Source of the DNA: Raillietiella orientalis
Lineage: Eukaryota
DNA: 64,000 nucleotides
Direction of reading: 5' to 3'
Assembly: GCA_036172245.1 (NCBI GenBank)
Contig: JAYWIR010000031.1
Span: forward strand, 1,240,001 to 1,304,000
In this document: in pieces, positions 36,600 through 48,572 of the stretch
How positions within the stretch are numbered: the stretch's first letter is position 1
How the letters are laid out: every line of letters begins with the position of its first letter
Program-made: the position numbers and the translations under genes
Notes under the pieces: generated by a model
Told to the model about the DNA's origin: nothing
Database searches by the model: none
Seen by the model: only the letters and a program-made list of their open reading frames with translations

Positions 36600-37120
36600 T
36601 TTGCACACATCTCGATGCTGGGGCCTTGGGCGCGATGGATCCCGGTTTTCGACCGAGCTGCGTGACAAACAGGCACAGCACATCGCCGCGCGTCGACGAG
36701 AGAGGATCGCGCGGTTCGGTACGCGAACGCACACCCAGCGCCCGAAGGCAAGTCTCGGCGCTTCCCGCAAGGAGACTCCTGGTACACCCGTGAGTCAAGA
36801 TGCAGAGTGCAGCAGCGCAACAGCTAGCAGGCAAACAAAAGAGGACGCAGCTGCCACGAGGCGAAACACGTGTGGAGAGACGACGTCCCGCACATGCAGA
36901 TGAGGCGGTGTTCATTCTTCCTCGCGATCTCCCAAAGGAAATCTCTCTCTCGCTCTGCTCCAGGATTCCACGTGGATTGAAAAGAGCGCTCGAGTGCGCG
37001 GGGCACCGCGCCGTTCGGCTGCTCGCAAGCTCGGACACCAGGCTTCTCGTTGCCAGATGGACTATCCGCCACGGGCCTTTCCTGGACCAGCATGCGGCGA
37101 TGCCAGCAAGGGAATCCCCC
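36600..37120 (-). mobile_element. Tc1-like transposase relic inside the ogre intron (paralogous to the 39.5-40.3 kb copy)
   Basis: 37011-37082 is clearly similar at DNA level to 39909-39978. On -: GG*SIW (cf. GGGSIMVW), GRMNTA, EPRDPLS...LGRK (cf. WP.RSPDLS...LGR). Confidence 0.5.
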
Positions 37121-38172
37121 TCCTCGCCTCATCTCGGAAAAACACACACACACACACACACTCAGACAGACAGACCGAGAATGAAGCTGATTGCCGCATC
37201 GCACCGAGAAGGCAATGTGCAAGGAGACCGAATTCACGAACGTAACGTATTTTCCAACGACGAGCTTTTCGCATGGAGGCACATCTGGGAGAACGCTCTT
37301 TTTTTCCACGCTAACGGAAGGGGAGAGGGATAGAGCAAGAGAGAGGAGAAAGAAAAAAGACGCTGTGTGCTCCCCGAGAGATCTCGGTGGCTGCGGGCTT
37401 CGCTCGCGGGATTTTGGAACGCCGCAAGACCGCATACTTGTGTGTGGCTTCCCGCTTGCAGGCTTTTGGGCATTTTGCGGGACGAAAGAGATGATGGAGA
37501 ATGTTGGGAGCTAAGCTGTTCACGCTCGTTCGCGGGAGACATTTGGAAAACCACCGTCTCATGGCAGAGAACCACGCGGTAAGGTGGCTTGCAGGCTAGC
37601 AACCACCTGTCTCGACTCCATTCGTTTATTTATCTATCGTCCGTTTCAGGGAAAGGTAATTCTCGAAGAGTCGATTCGGTTTTTTCTTCTTCTCCCCCCC
37701 CCCCTTCTTATGAAGGCTTCGACGACACCCACGTTGTGCACCACCGCCAGCATCCATACTGGCTGCACATGTGACGCCCTCTCCACGTTAACCCCTGAAG
37801 CTATGCTTTCCGATCATGGCGCCCGCGTGCACGTCAGGAAAGCTCGCTGCCATCAGCGAATGAATGCGCCAGTGAAACCACAACGATGGTCCCCGGTTGC
37901 CTGTCTCCAGGCAGATTCTGGTCCATGAATTCGTACAGGTCCCGGATGCTCACACATCCGTTTGTTCACGTTATTATCCAGAACGCGGGAGGAGACCTTG
38001 TCAGCAAAAGCGAGCGGAGCAAGACCAGACTTGGGTAGCAGGGCGCCAGGAGATTATGCTCCGGGGCACAGGCGTGCGCTTTGCACAGCACGAACAAAAA
38101 AGAGCACGCACGTTTCTCGTGAAGGGAGGCGCTCACCGCGAAGTTTAGCAGAATCGAAATAGCGGACTGTAC

Positions 38173-38688
38173 CTTGATGTGCGTCAGCATGTAGTCCATC
38201 AATATCTTCTTCCTTTTATTCTTGTCATCTTCGGGAAGCAGGCTGACGTTGAGGCCCAGTACCAAGGTTTCCAGCAGTCTGCCTTCCCAGATGCTCCAGA
38301 TCCATTTGGGCGCGTAACAGAGCACCGCTTGGAAGAACAAAACAAACACCACCCACTGATAATACGTGTAGTATTTGGGCGCTTCGTTGGTCCCGAACTG
38401 GTTCGTCAGTCCTGGATGCGGCACATGCTTTCCCACTTGTCGGGTGAAGGCATCCGGCATGGTGAAAGTCGACGTGATCCAACAATACGTGTTAATGACA
38501 TGATTGGGGACACCGTCGTCATTAATACAGTCGATGGGATTCCCGATGAACTGGTTCGCAGTGATGATCACCGAGAAGACTAGCAGCAAAACCGTCGTGA
38601 ACTGGTAGTGCAGACGGAAAATGGCGTTGTCGCTGACTACGGGCGGACGTTGTAGAAAATCTTTAAAGCCCGCTAGTAGCGAATACAT
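38173..38688 (-). CDS. ogre: Innexin 1 (ogre-like), coding exon 1 (172 aa)
   Basis: MYSLLAGFK...DNAIFRLH...YCWITSTFTMPDAFTRQVG.HV.HPG..N.FG...KYYTYYQWV; the TMPDAF.RQVG and YYTYYQW strings match what I recall of ogre/Inx1. CAAC-ATG start; donor AAG|GTACAG at 38172. Spliced product 361 aa; intron 33274-38172. Confidence 0.93.
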
Positions 38689-39499
38689 GTTGGGATCAAC
38701 CCGTATGTGCTAGGGGTTCCTCGCACTACCAAACATTGCGGGACCGAACAGTTAGCGTCACAAGAAACTATAGCAGTTTGGGAAAACGTCTCGTTCAAAA
38801 ACGCTGCATGGTCACCTAGTTGTGCCTCAGGCAGCAGCGCGAGTAAAAACACCAATAGGAAACCGGGAGTGATCCTCTAGTCTCGACGCTTACTTTTCTA
38901 ATTGCACAGAAATTCCTCGTGAGCTCCTGACATCTGGTGTTTGTTATCACAGTTACGCGTCAAGAGCAGATCCGCCGCGGTGCTGCGCCTAGCAACTGGG
39001 TCAGGTCAGAAAGACATCGCATACGCATGCGAACGCATCGGAGCTCTGGATGCGAGCCGCCCTACTGGAGACTCTCCATCCTTCCTTCGGACAAATGCCC
39101 TGCGAATGAAGACGTCACCGGGAACCCAGCCACGCTGTGAGTTTCTCGGCTCTGGGAATACCAGTCGAGCTGTTAACAGGTTTTCTCGGAAAAGAGCAGC
39201 GTTCTCGTGATCACTCATTCGGTCGGGTAACTCGCAGGGATGCAAATCTCGCTGAGTGATTGAATGCTGATGATTCCCACTCAGCAAGTTGCGGTCAATT
39301 TATTTCCCGGCGTGAGGTAAATCGCACGAGAGAGGCGGTTCTTCGGCAAAAGGCGAAAGCCGCCGCCGCCGAACGCGCATGCAGAGGTGCGCTGCGTCGC
39401 CGTCGCCGCCTCGCGTGCAGCAGCGCGCGGGAGACGGCAACAGATCTCTCCATCCGGTCTCGCCTTTCTCTGGCAGTAAAGGGGGGACGCGCGCGGTCC

Positions 39500-40292
39500 G
39501 GTCACAACACCCCGCTTCGCATCTCCGCCACACACGTTGCCCAGGCGCATCTCTGGACGGAAACCTCCTCCCTTCCAAATTCCCCCTTCCTCCAGACATC
39601 CCTTCGATGCATCAGACACCGCCCGAACACGTTTCGCTCATAAACATCCCAGACGGTGGTTACCCTTTGCACCTCAGGGAGGAAAATCGGATGCTGGAAA
39701 GGCCGTTCCCAGGTGGTCGCGCAAGGATTCGCGGTCGCCTCGGCTGGGTCGACGAAGGCTCAAGACGGGATGTGTTCTGAGCGTGTTTGTGTGCGTGTTT
39801 TCGCACGTGTGTTTGCTACGCGGCGACTCGAACACATGGACTCTCGAACTTTGCAAAAATTTGCCGGAAGGGCGGGTGGGAGGAACGCGCACGTGCGCGA
39901 GCGTCGCTCCGTTCGGTTGCTCACAAGCGGGCTCCAGACATCTCGCTGCCAAATGGACTACCCGCCGCGGGTCTTTCCCTAAACCACTAACATGTGGCAT
40001 GCGGTGCCAGAATCCCTCTCAACTCATCTCTCGAGAAAGATAAAAAAACAGGTCGAGAACGAAGCTGGTGGGGCTGCATCAGATCCGATCGTGAAGTCTT
40101 CGAAGTCGCGTACGCGCGAGATCCTGAAAGGATTCAAGGGATGCTGATCCTTTTGCACCTGGCGCGTCCTGGTGGCTCTTCTGTCCCCGCGAGAGGCGGC
40201 GCCGCGGTTCAGCGGAGGAGCCACTCGGCCATGCAGATGGTCCGGTGCGCCAGTCGCTCAGAGCTCGGAATTGCGCCTCGACCAAAAAGGAG
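39500..40292 (-). mobile_element. Tc1-like transposase relic
   Basis: Shares DNA with the 37.0 kb and 40.9 kb copies; GG*SIWQRDVWS, KGCLEEGGI...RPEMRLGNVCG..KRG (cf. K.WLEE..I...SPDLNPIENVWG.LKR). Confidence 0.5.
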
Positions 40293-40769
40293 GCTGCTGA
40301 GCTGTGCAGCCTCTCAAAATCAGTCCCGCGTTTTGGATTCTCGCTCTCCTATTGCTGTCCTCGCCTCGCTAGAAGACGTCACGCCAGCTTTGCAGAGGGA
40401 ACAGGCGGCACCAGCACCGATGAAGACTCAGATCTACCTGTTAATCAAGGCAGGAATGCGACATCCGCGGAGGCGGCGCCCGCCGATGCATCCGAATTTT
40501 CCATCGAAAAAAGGAAGAAAAAAAATGCTTACCGGAAACTCTTGCAAAAATCTCTCTGCCATTCCGTATTGACGGGTGTCCCTCCAAGGCATATCCACTC
40601 AGAATTTTTTTTTTTTTTTTTCCTGTGTGAGTGGCGTTTCTTAACACCGGGAGGATAGGGAGAAGCTGCGACGGAGTAGGCTCCAGACAAGTCGAATCCG
40701 TCCGGCGAGCTCTCTGGAATCCCATCGGACTGGATTTCCCTTCTGGGCAGCAGGTGATGCCCTCGACGT

Positions 40770-41150
40770 GCCCGCGGGGTCCCACGAGACGGATGAGGAC
40801 CTTAGAAGGAAAATGGAGGACGAAGCCACGAAGAGTTGGAAGCCCTTCTGGTCGCGGCGCGATTCCGGGCTCCGCGCGGCTGGCGCACCGAACCGTCTGC
40901 ATGGCCGAGTGGCTCCTCCGCTAAGCCGCGACGCCGCCTCTCTCGTGGACAGAAGAGCCATCAGGACGCGCCAGACGAAGCTGCATTCGCAAAGGGTCGA
41001 GGAACCTGTCCCCTGGCTTCGTGCTGCGGGTCATTTCGAGGACAGCGCGATCCACTGTGGAGAGGAGCCTGACCGTCGAACCGAAAGGCGCGCGAAACCA
41101 GCAGGCGGCGGACCACTGCCGCTTGGCGCAGTCCAAGCGGTCGCCCGGTT
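40770..41150 (+). mobile_element. Tc1-like transposase relic (N-terminal part), inverted relative to the 39.5-40.3 kb copy
   Basis: 40843-40975 is a high-identity reverse complement of 40158-40292; translates RLHGRVAPPLS (cf. GLHGRVARKKPLL). Confidence 0.55.
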
Positions 41151-41349
41151 GCAGGAAGTAGAGTCTGGCGTGGCTCCCTGCCTCGCCTTCCTGTGGACTT
41201 GCGCTGACGAATCTAACTCACGGCGTCCTTCCCGTCCGTCAAATCCGCTCCGAGGATTTTCCTCATTTCTTGGGTCTTGCGGTCGGTCCTCTTCTCTTTA
41301 CCACGTGTTCCGGTAGCCGCGAGGAGCCCTCCAGGCAGGGGACGAGGTT

Positions 41350-41620
41350 GATCCCTCGTCGGATGGATGGAAGGAAGCGTCCCGTCTGGAACCTGCCAAC
41401 GCCAGCTCATCTTCGTCATCCTCTTCTGGAATCGCCTTCCCCGGAAGCCCCGAGCGGGAAGCGACGGAGTAGCTTCCCTGCCTCTCCGGCTGCCACGGGG
41501 CACCCTCTCGCGGAGGGCCCTTGCAAAATGTGTGCCCTCGTCGCCCGCAGTGTGTCCCTTCGGAAGGGTCGTGGGTCCCTCCACCAGCTCTGGAAGTTCG
41601 GGCCGGGAGAGAAGAGGCGA
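41350..41620 (+). mobile_element. zf-RVT remnant of a second L1/Tx1-like LINE
   Basis: FWNRL...LRLPRGTL..RALAK....PAVCPF ... GSLHQLW (cf. W......RL..G.L....L......CP.C...ES..HLFW). Confidence 0.4.
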
Positions 41621-42439
41621 GGATTCTTGAGAGGTTGTCTTCTCTCCGGAAACACCTTTTCGGGTCCTCGAGCCAAGCGGGGTTGCGTTCCGACTGTCGG
41701 CTGCTCCTTGCAGCCCCGCCGCTCGCTCGGAGACCAACATTTACAGCTTTTTCGGATGTGTTCATTGTCCGTATCTTCCCTCTTCTTGTTCGGAACGGAG
41801 CGCCTCTTTCCGCCCGTTTCTCCACGCTCGAAAGAGAGGACATCTTCCCCAGAATCGCTTCGTGCTTCCCTGTAACGAGGGTATACGGGAGGATGGCTAA
41901 CGACTTGTCTGGAGAAGCGAGAGCGGCTCTTCCATATCCGTGTCAGGTGCGAAGGTCTCCTTTCCCCATTACTGAGAAGGCAGTGATGCTGGATGCTGCG
42001 GAGATCTGGAAACCTCATCCATTTTCTCAGGGAGGTCTTGCTGAAATGAGTTCGGGTGTGCTTGGTCGTCCCGCTTTCCTGAATTTCCCGACCACGTTCA
42101 TCGAAGGCTGCATCGACGGAAGTAAGTAAGTTAGGGATCCCGAACAGAGATGGCAGTGTGAAAGTCCCTAATGGGCCTTGTGGATGCCGATGGCGGTTGT
42201 TGTTTTTTTCCTTTTTCTTTTCAGAACGGATATTCTCAGAAGAACCGCGTTTGGATGATGGAAAGACGTCGGGACCTAAAAATAATAAAAATCCTTAAAA
42301 ATAAATCCTATAAAAATAAAAATAATCATATAAAAATCCTTCCGTAGCACCACTCAGAGTGTCGCAAGCCAGTCTGACGGGTAGACCTTTCATCCTCAGC
42401 CTCTTAGTCTAAGGATAATGATGTCCCTTTAGGGCCGAC

Positions 42440-43682
42440 CCTCTCCTCCTTCTGCACCAAAGTTATGGACGGCTTCCTCTCCAGAAGAGCAACTGGCTGA
42501 GAAGGGCTGTCCTTGTGGCCAACGGCAACAGTTTGAGCCGATGTGGCCTTCAACCGCGTGAAATGGTCGCCTCGATACAGAAAACCTGGATCTCCTGCCT
42601 TCTCAAGAGCTGCACTGCCTGGCTCCAGGAGTCAGTTTCAGCATGGGGAAAGATCCAAGGTTCTAGCAAGACACGGAGGCCCCCCCCGCCCTAAAGAGTC
42701 CGCCCTCCTCCGGAAAGGAAGACGCACTCGACAGCCGCAGGAGGTCGTCTGCAACCCAATCAAGCTACCGTGGGCATCGTTTAGCCCCCTTGCTCCAGTG
42801 GTGCCTTCTCTAAGGGAAGCAAGGGACAGAGACTTTCCGGCAAGATGGGAAGTATTCTGCTGCATTGCAGGAAAAAAAAAAACGCAAAGTGCATAAGCAA
42901 CTCGGCAGGTCACCGCTGCGACCCCGAGTGTCCCTCCGAAAGGACTTTTACGCTGGGGCGAGCTGCTCGCGATACCTCCCAGCGAAGTGACTCCCAGCGT
43001 ATTGGCACAGTAGCACCCTCCCCCTCAAGTGGCAAGAGTTTGGTGTTGCATTGGGGAATCCCATGCAAAGCACGCCTGCATCACGAAACGCAGGGATGTG
43101 AGGATGCCAATTGAAATAGATGAGGCGAGAAAGAGACTTTCCCACACTTTCTGCTGGACTGTGCTGCCCTCCGACCCCTTTGGTATCGTTTGTCGACGAT
43201 CCTAGAAATCCCAGTAAGCGGCTCCAGAGACATTTTTCGGCGCCTCTTCATCCGTGCCGCTCTGCCGCCAGACACGTCCCCAGCAGTTCTCTGCTGCGTC
43301 CACGCAACTGTGGCAGCCTGGAACGCGGGAAGAAGAGGCCAGAATGGCAGGGAAGCCATTCATTGGGCACAGATCTTTTTGAAGATCTCCTCAAGATGGT
43401 CCCGCCTGGGCAAAATAAAAATACCACTTGTCAGCATCCTGAACAGGATGCAGAGGGCGTCTCCCGGCGTAATGTGATCCCTCCTCCCCTTCCTAGGAAA
43501 CATCCCCCCCCCCTTTCCTTTTTTGTCTTGTTTTTTTTTTTTGTTTTTTTTTCCGGTCCGTTTACTCCCCCTTCGCCGCGGAAACGGACCTAACCGGTTC
43601 TGTGTATCGGAGTTGACAACCAAGTGTTCTACCGCAATATTGTAGATTTTTCAACTTTCATTATGATTTTATAATAAATGTC
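42440..43682 (+). mobile_element. 5'-truncated Tx1/L1-like LINE (post-RT region, zf-RVT, 3' UTR)
   Basis: NWLRRAVL...GLQPREMVASIQKTWI, LHWGIPCKARL, ETFPHFLLDC, DIFRRLFIRAAL...VAAWNA; ends AATAAATGTC; homologous to the 27 and 53 kb copies. Confidence 0.8.
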
Positions 43683-44689
43683 CCGGCTATTTCTGGAGAG
43701 AAACAGCTCGCCTCATTGGACATCCACGAAACCATCCCGCCCGTTTCAAAGGAAACAAAGGCTTGAGATAAACAGGAGCAGCTTCCCTTCTTTCGGACGT
43801 TCCTCTAGGGCGTCGTGAGCTATTTCTTGGAGCGCAAGAGCTTCTTTGTTGTGCTGAAGAAGAATTCGATCTATCTAAAGTCGCTTCAGCAGTGCTCCCG
43901 CCAGGATTTAGAGGCCCAGATTCCAGATTCCTGACCCTTCTCAAATTTCAAGACATAGGGTCCCTTTCAGACTTCGTAACCAGGAAGGAGACTGAAGTTC
44001 TTCTACTGCTCCTCGCTCCGAATTGCCTTTGGCACTTCGCAAAACCCACTAAGTGACTTCTTAGGAAATGTCCTCCCGTTGCCACCCTTCAGGGCTATCT
44101 CTAACAAGTGACCACGCGCCTGATGCTCGCAGCTCCAACAGACATCAGACCAGTCTGATGGACGTCCACTCCTACCGAGAAACACTCTCAACTGCAGGTT
44201 CACAGTGGCAGAATCTTCCCACAGATCGTAAAAGAGGTTTCAGATATTGCTGAGTGGCTTAGCTCATTACCAGTGGACCGAACATTCGCAGAACGCATCC
44301 TCTGCGAACCACGATCCGATTTCGTGAGGAGAGAGAACCAGAACTAAAGGCAGAAGATGCCTTGAAGACAGAGAAATCTACTCGGAGGAGTCGAACGTTC
44401 TCAGCGACGCAGCCTCTCCTTGATTACCAGGTTCCCGCAAGCTGGTGCTTCCTCAAAAGAGTACGTGGTTGCCTCTCTGATGGTAGGAATTCTTTTATCT
44501 GAGTGCGGCCAGTTTGAATCTACAAAGCATCTGGAGGATGGTTGCATGTGACAACCAGTATCCGAAGACATCAAGAGTTGAGTCCTCTTCGCGAAAGGTT
44601 TCCTGATGAAATGCGAGACTCCTGCCTCGGCACCTATTTCCTATGCATAGGCATGAAATGGAACCTCTCCCGTCACCTCTCCCACCTCA

Positions 44690-45265
44690 TCACCTTTAGG
44701 ACGATGGAAATCCTTCTTCGCTTTTTTTTGAGGGGGGGTTCGCTGAGTACTTCAAGAACCAGCGTTCCACGCAGCTCTTTGAGACTGTTCCCCACCCCAC
44801 CGAGGGTAGGTGTGTTCATTCTTCAAGATACCGGGAGGGGACCGCCTCTCAAGCCTGGGGAGGCATCCCCGAAGGGAACCTCCCAACCCTGGTTGTCTCC
44901 GACGGGAACCCGGAAAAGAATCCTCCCCTTCTTAACTCTCTCCGGAGGGACCCCAGAAGGGGTCCGCTCCATGTTTTCTTCTCCAAAGGGAACCGCTCCT
45001 GTTTACTCCTCTGAAGAGAACCCCGAAGGGACGCCTCCGAAATCCAGAAGGGCGCTCTGCCCGAAGAAAGCGGCACGCGTCTCTGGAACTCTAGAGATGT
45101 GGCGACACACCTACTCTACGGAGGGTCCCCCCAAAGGGGAGTCCGCTCCTATGCACAACCGGAGGGTAACTCCCACTCCTTGATTCCTGGAAGGGACCCG
45201 GAGGTCGACTGCCGTTGTGGGACCTCGTCGGGGGCATACAGTTTGAGCCACTACTGGGCGCCGTC
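44690..45265 (+). mobile_element. Internal ORF2 fragment of the Tx1/L1-like LINE carrying a PEG/PKGT minisatellite
   Basis: ORF 44542-45183: MEILLRFFLRGG....VPRSSLRL.P..RVGVFILQD (cf. FLW.G...V.R..L.LP...GGLGV), then repeated SPKGT/NPEGT units. DNA shared with 52.3-53.35 kb (CTCCTCTGAAGAGAACCCCGAAGGG) and, more weakly, 42.56-42.8 kb. Confidence 0.65.
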
Positions 45266-45417
45266 CACGGAATCAGGTCGAACAGCGTTATCTCGCGGGT
45301 CTCCGACTCGAACCCGCGACGAGCACAAACTCTTTGCGTCGATTCTTGCAGAGTATTCGAACTCGCAGCTGCAGGTGCCACACGCGGAGACCGCAACCAC
45401 ACGGCCTCTGACGCGGG
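45265..45417 (-). mobile_element. tRNA-derived SINE head and body
   Basis: On -: AGAGGCCGTGTGGTTG (A-box-like) and GAGTTCGAATACT (B-box-like, 45364-45352); collinear with the 28.8 and 54.5 kb copies. Confidence 0.7.
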
Positions 45418-47099
45418 CCTCATGCTTAATGGCACTAGAGACATCGAGAGCTTTAAATTTTAGCCTCGGGAGACACTTGTCCGAGGAGGGAAGCGCAGTG
45501 CTGCTTCCTATCCCGAGGTCAACGATGGATGCTCCCAGTACCCCTCCCTCCCACCTCCTCAAACCACATCAGCTGGCGTGAATCATTATGGATGCTTCAA
45601 GGACGAGAAGAAATGGTCCTAGTGCCTCCAAATTTGTCTCGCTGAGATTGATTTTGCTTCTTTTCTTTGGGTGCATTTGTTATTCTCAACACGCGGCAAC
45701 TCCGCTGCAGCAGCTCGCGGCTCATTTTTTTTTTGCCAAGACCTGAGTCGAGAGGTCTTGGCAAAAAAAAACTTAGCCCTCCCCTCTGTGTCTAGACAAA
45801 ACTTTTGAACGGAAACGCCTCGACACAGAGAGGCCAGTTTTTGGCCTCTCTGTGTCGAGGCGTTTCCGTTCAAGGGTTACCTTTCGGTGCATGCCCACCG
45901 TCCATTTGCTCAGATCAACCGTGTAAAAGAAACCATAGTTATCTTTGATTGCCCGGCTAACTATGCGCGTTGCTGTCGTTCCAGGTACTGAAAGGTCGAA
46001 CTTGGACTGAATGTTCAAAATGAAGTCAAAGATGACCTATCCAAGCCCCATTCCACCCATTAATATCACGGTATTTTCAAGTGTTCAGCTATAAACTTGA
46101 GACATGGAACCATCAGCTGCGGTGGTCAGTTCATCAGAGCGGGATGCAGAATTACAAGGCAGCTCCGTCTCCTAGAAACGGGCATCCGAAGCTGTTTCTT
46201 TGGACATGATTGCTTCTTTTATCCATTACAGTGACTTTCATTACTCTTTCTATCAAGAGGTGCACAAAGCTCCGGAGTGCACTGTACACTACCTACGTGA
46301 ACGATATGATGCAGACAAATAAACCTTATGCAATTTAGGCATTCGTTCCTTATACTGTTAATCAGTCTGCTTCAGCCTCTCAGCCCGAGACCTTTGTCCT
46401 GTTGACAATATGCCATATTTTGCGTGTGGACCAAATGGCTTTCGTTCGAAGATTTCTAGCTGATTGGGAATTATCTTTCCTTTGTGATCGACTGTCCGCG
46501 GAGTCGTAAAACATGATGTTCTGCTGCTGTTCTCCATGGTTCGAGATTTTGGTTTTGCCCCCGCTGACCATTTCCTTCTACCCTTCCAACGCATCTTCCG
46601 ATTTTCGTGAACCTCTTTCAAAAGTGTGTACGAAACGCTAAATAAAAAGCAGAAGGCGATCATGAGGATTTTTGCTGGATGGACCCTTCATGGGCTCCAC
46701 GTTGGATTCATGTCGCAGTTACGTGAATTCGCAAGTAAACATAATATGGTGGCCGTTTTGGGTCTTCCATAGGGATCCTTCATAATAACCTTTAATTGAT
46801 GAGAGAGGAATGGTCACTTTTGTTTTGTAGAACTTGAATAGATAGAGTGACCCGACCAGACGCAAACATGTTTTGACCTTTGGAGGTTTCCCTAAGTAAT
46901 AAAATCTCTATGGTTACGATGGCGTTAGAGCTTTTTTTTTTTTTTTTCTATCCTTCTCTCAGAACTTTCTGAGAGCTAAAAGGTAAATCGTGCTGTTACT
47001 CTAGAAGAATGTCTGGAAAGGAAATATCGAAATCATTAAAAGGAAAAGGCACCCCTTTGTTCTTCCTGTTCTTCAGCAGCTGTTGATGGAACCGTTCAC

Positions 47100-47500
47100 A
47101 AGAGACTTCGCAGAATAAGGATCAGAGCAGGGCTGTAAATGACTGTTATTGCTTCCGATTGAAGCAGGCTGTTGGGAAAGTGGAACACGAGATGTAAGAG
47201 AATCCCGTGGAGTTGTTAGCTCCGGCTCTAGAAAGTCACTCCTTGTCGGGTTTCCCGAGACTGAGTAAAACACCCACACACACCCACGCACGAACATCGC
47301 AAGCAATGGCTGCCACAGCCGGGCGTGGAAGAATCTTCTGCACTCGAAGCTCGGGAGGGCAATGTTCACAACCGGATGTTTCTGGATGTTCCGGACGGAC
47401 TTCTCGCTTGCTAAGAGTTTATCGTAGCACTGAACCCTCCGTTGGAGGTGGTTCTTGCGTGAGAGAGCAGGACATCCCACCGCCCTCGAATCGCGGCCGA
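47100..47500 (-). mobile_element. Possible ITm transposase relic
   Basis: LSRKNHLQRRVQCYDKLL...MFVRGCV...SGNPT..DFLEP (cf. L...N...R...C..LL ... MVW.GV...GKT.L.F.EP). Confidence 0.3.
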
Positions 47501-48088
47501 TGTCCAAGTGAGATTTCAGTTGTCCTGCACCCGAGGGCTCTGTGTTCTCGTAAGGATAAGAGCATGGGATGAGTGCGTTTGTATAAAAAGGATCTGTCGT
47601 GGCAGTCGGCAGTCGGAAACGGTCTTCAACCTGCTTGGCTTTTCCTTAGGCGTGTTGCTGGCGCTCGAACAATTAGCAGTGTGATTTATGTGTTTTCGTC
47701 CGTCACTTTTCAGGGCCTCGTAACGGCAGTTCAGTAGACCTGGTTTGCTGAACCTAGACCACGGCCTTGATTGTACCTATTCTGCACTTGTACGTTCGTG
47801 CTCCAAGAGTAGGCACGGCGCCTAAAAAGGAGGAATGCAAAAGTCAGTCGCTTTTCTGACTGTGGCGAGGTTTCCGGGAAGACGGCAGTGAAGGAGGAGG
47901 AAGAGGTCGGTTCCTTCAGCCGCTGCAGTTTCCAAAGGTCACGGGAAGTGGCGCTGGAAGTACTGAAACAGAAGACCAAAATGATGAAATTGCTTTATTT
48001 TTGTTAGTTGCTCCAGATCTAAGTGGCGAAGCGTTCTAGTTATTTTGGTTTGCAACGCCGCACAGCATCCAGCCGATCCCACTGTATA

Positions 48089-48131
48089 CCACTGTAAATC
48101 CTGCCACTTGCAGAGGGAGGATTTACAGTGG
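48089..48131. repeat. Perfect 14-bp inverted repeat, 15-nt loop
   Basis: CCACTGTAAATCCT ... AGGATTTACAGTGG. Confidence 0.9.
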
Positions 48132-48539
48132 AATTTTCACCTGATATCCTGATAACACTGGAAAACCGAGCTACAGAAGAGCAAAAACGAGTTTCGGACC
48201 AGTACATTTCAGATTGTAGCAAGGTGGGTCGTTGCCTTAAATGCTGCTGGCAACGATTCCTTGAACAGTTTGTTTGTTTGTTTGTTTTTTGTTTTTTTTA
48301 CAGACAGGTCATCCGTCAGATCTGGCAGGTCTTGAAACTCTTCGGTTTAATCACACAAGGGGAACGAATCGTTGGTGATGGTGCAGCAGCGTTACAGCAA
48401 AAGGGTCTTTAACAGTGATTAGAGGGATGTTTGAAGATATCTCTCCTTCCTCCTCTGCTCGCCTGATGGATCATCTTTGCCAAATCAATGATTAAAAAAC
48501 GCTTATTTCCTAGCGTGCAAAGAAAAGAAATTTTTATTT

Positions 48540-48572
<33 letters not shown>

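Noticed and set aside
37966..38172. C-terminal extension of ORF 37966-38688
   Set aside because: Reads through the GT donor at 38172; innexin similarity resumes in exon 2.
48542..48570. Long poly-T/poly-A runs as retrocopy tails
   Set aside because: They occur throughout the window in both orientations, often inside relics, without an adjacent processed gene or TSD; more likely slippage tracts.
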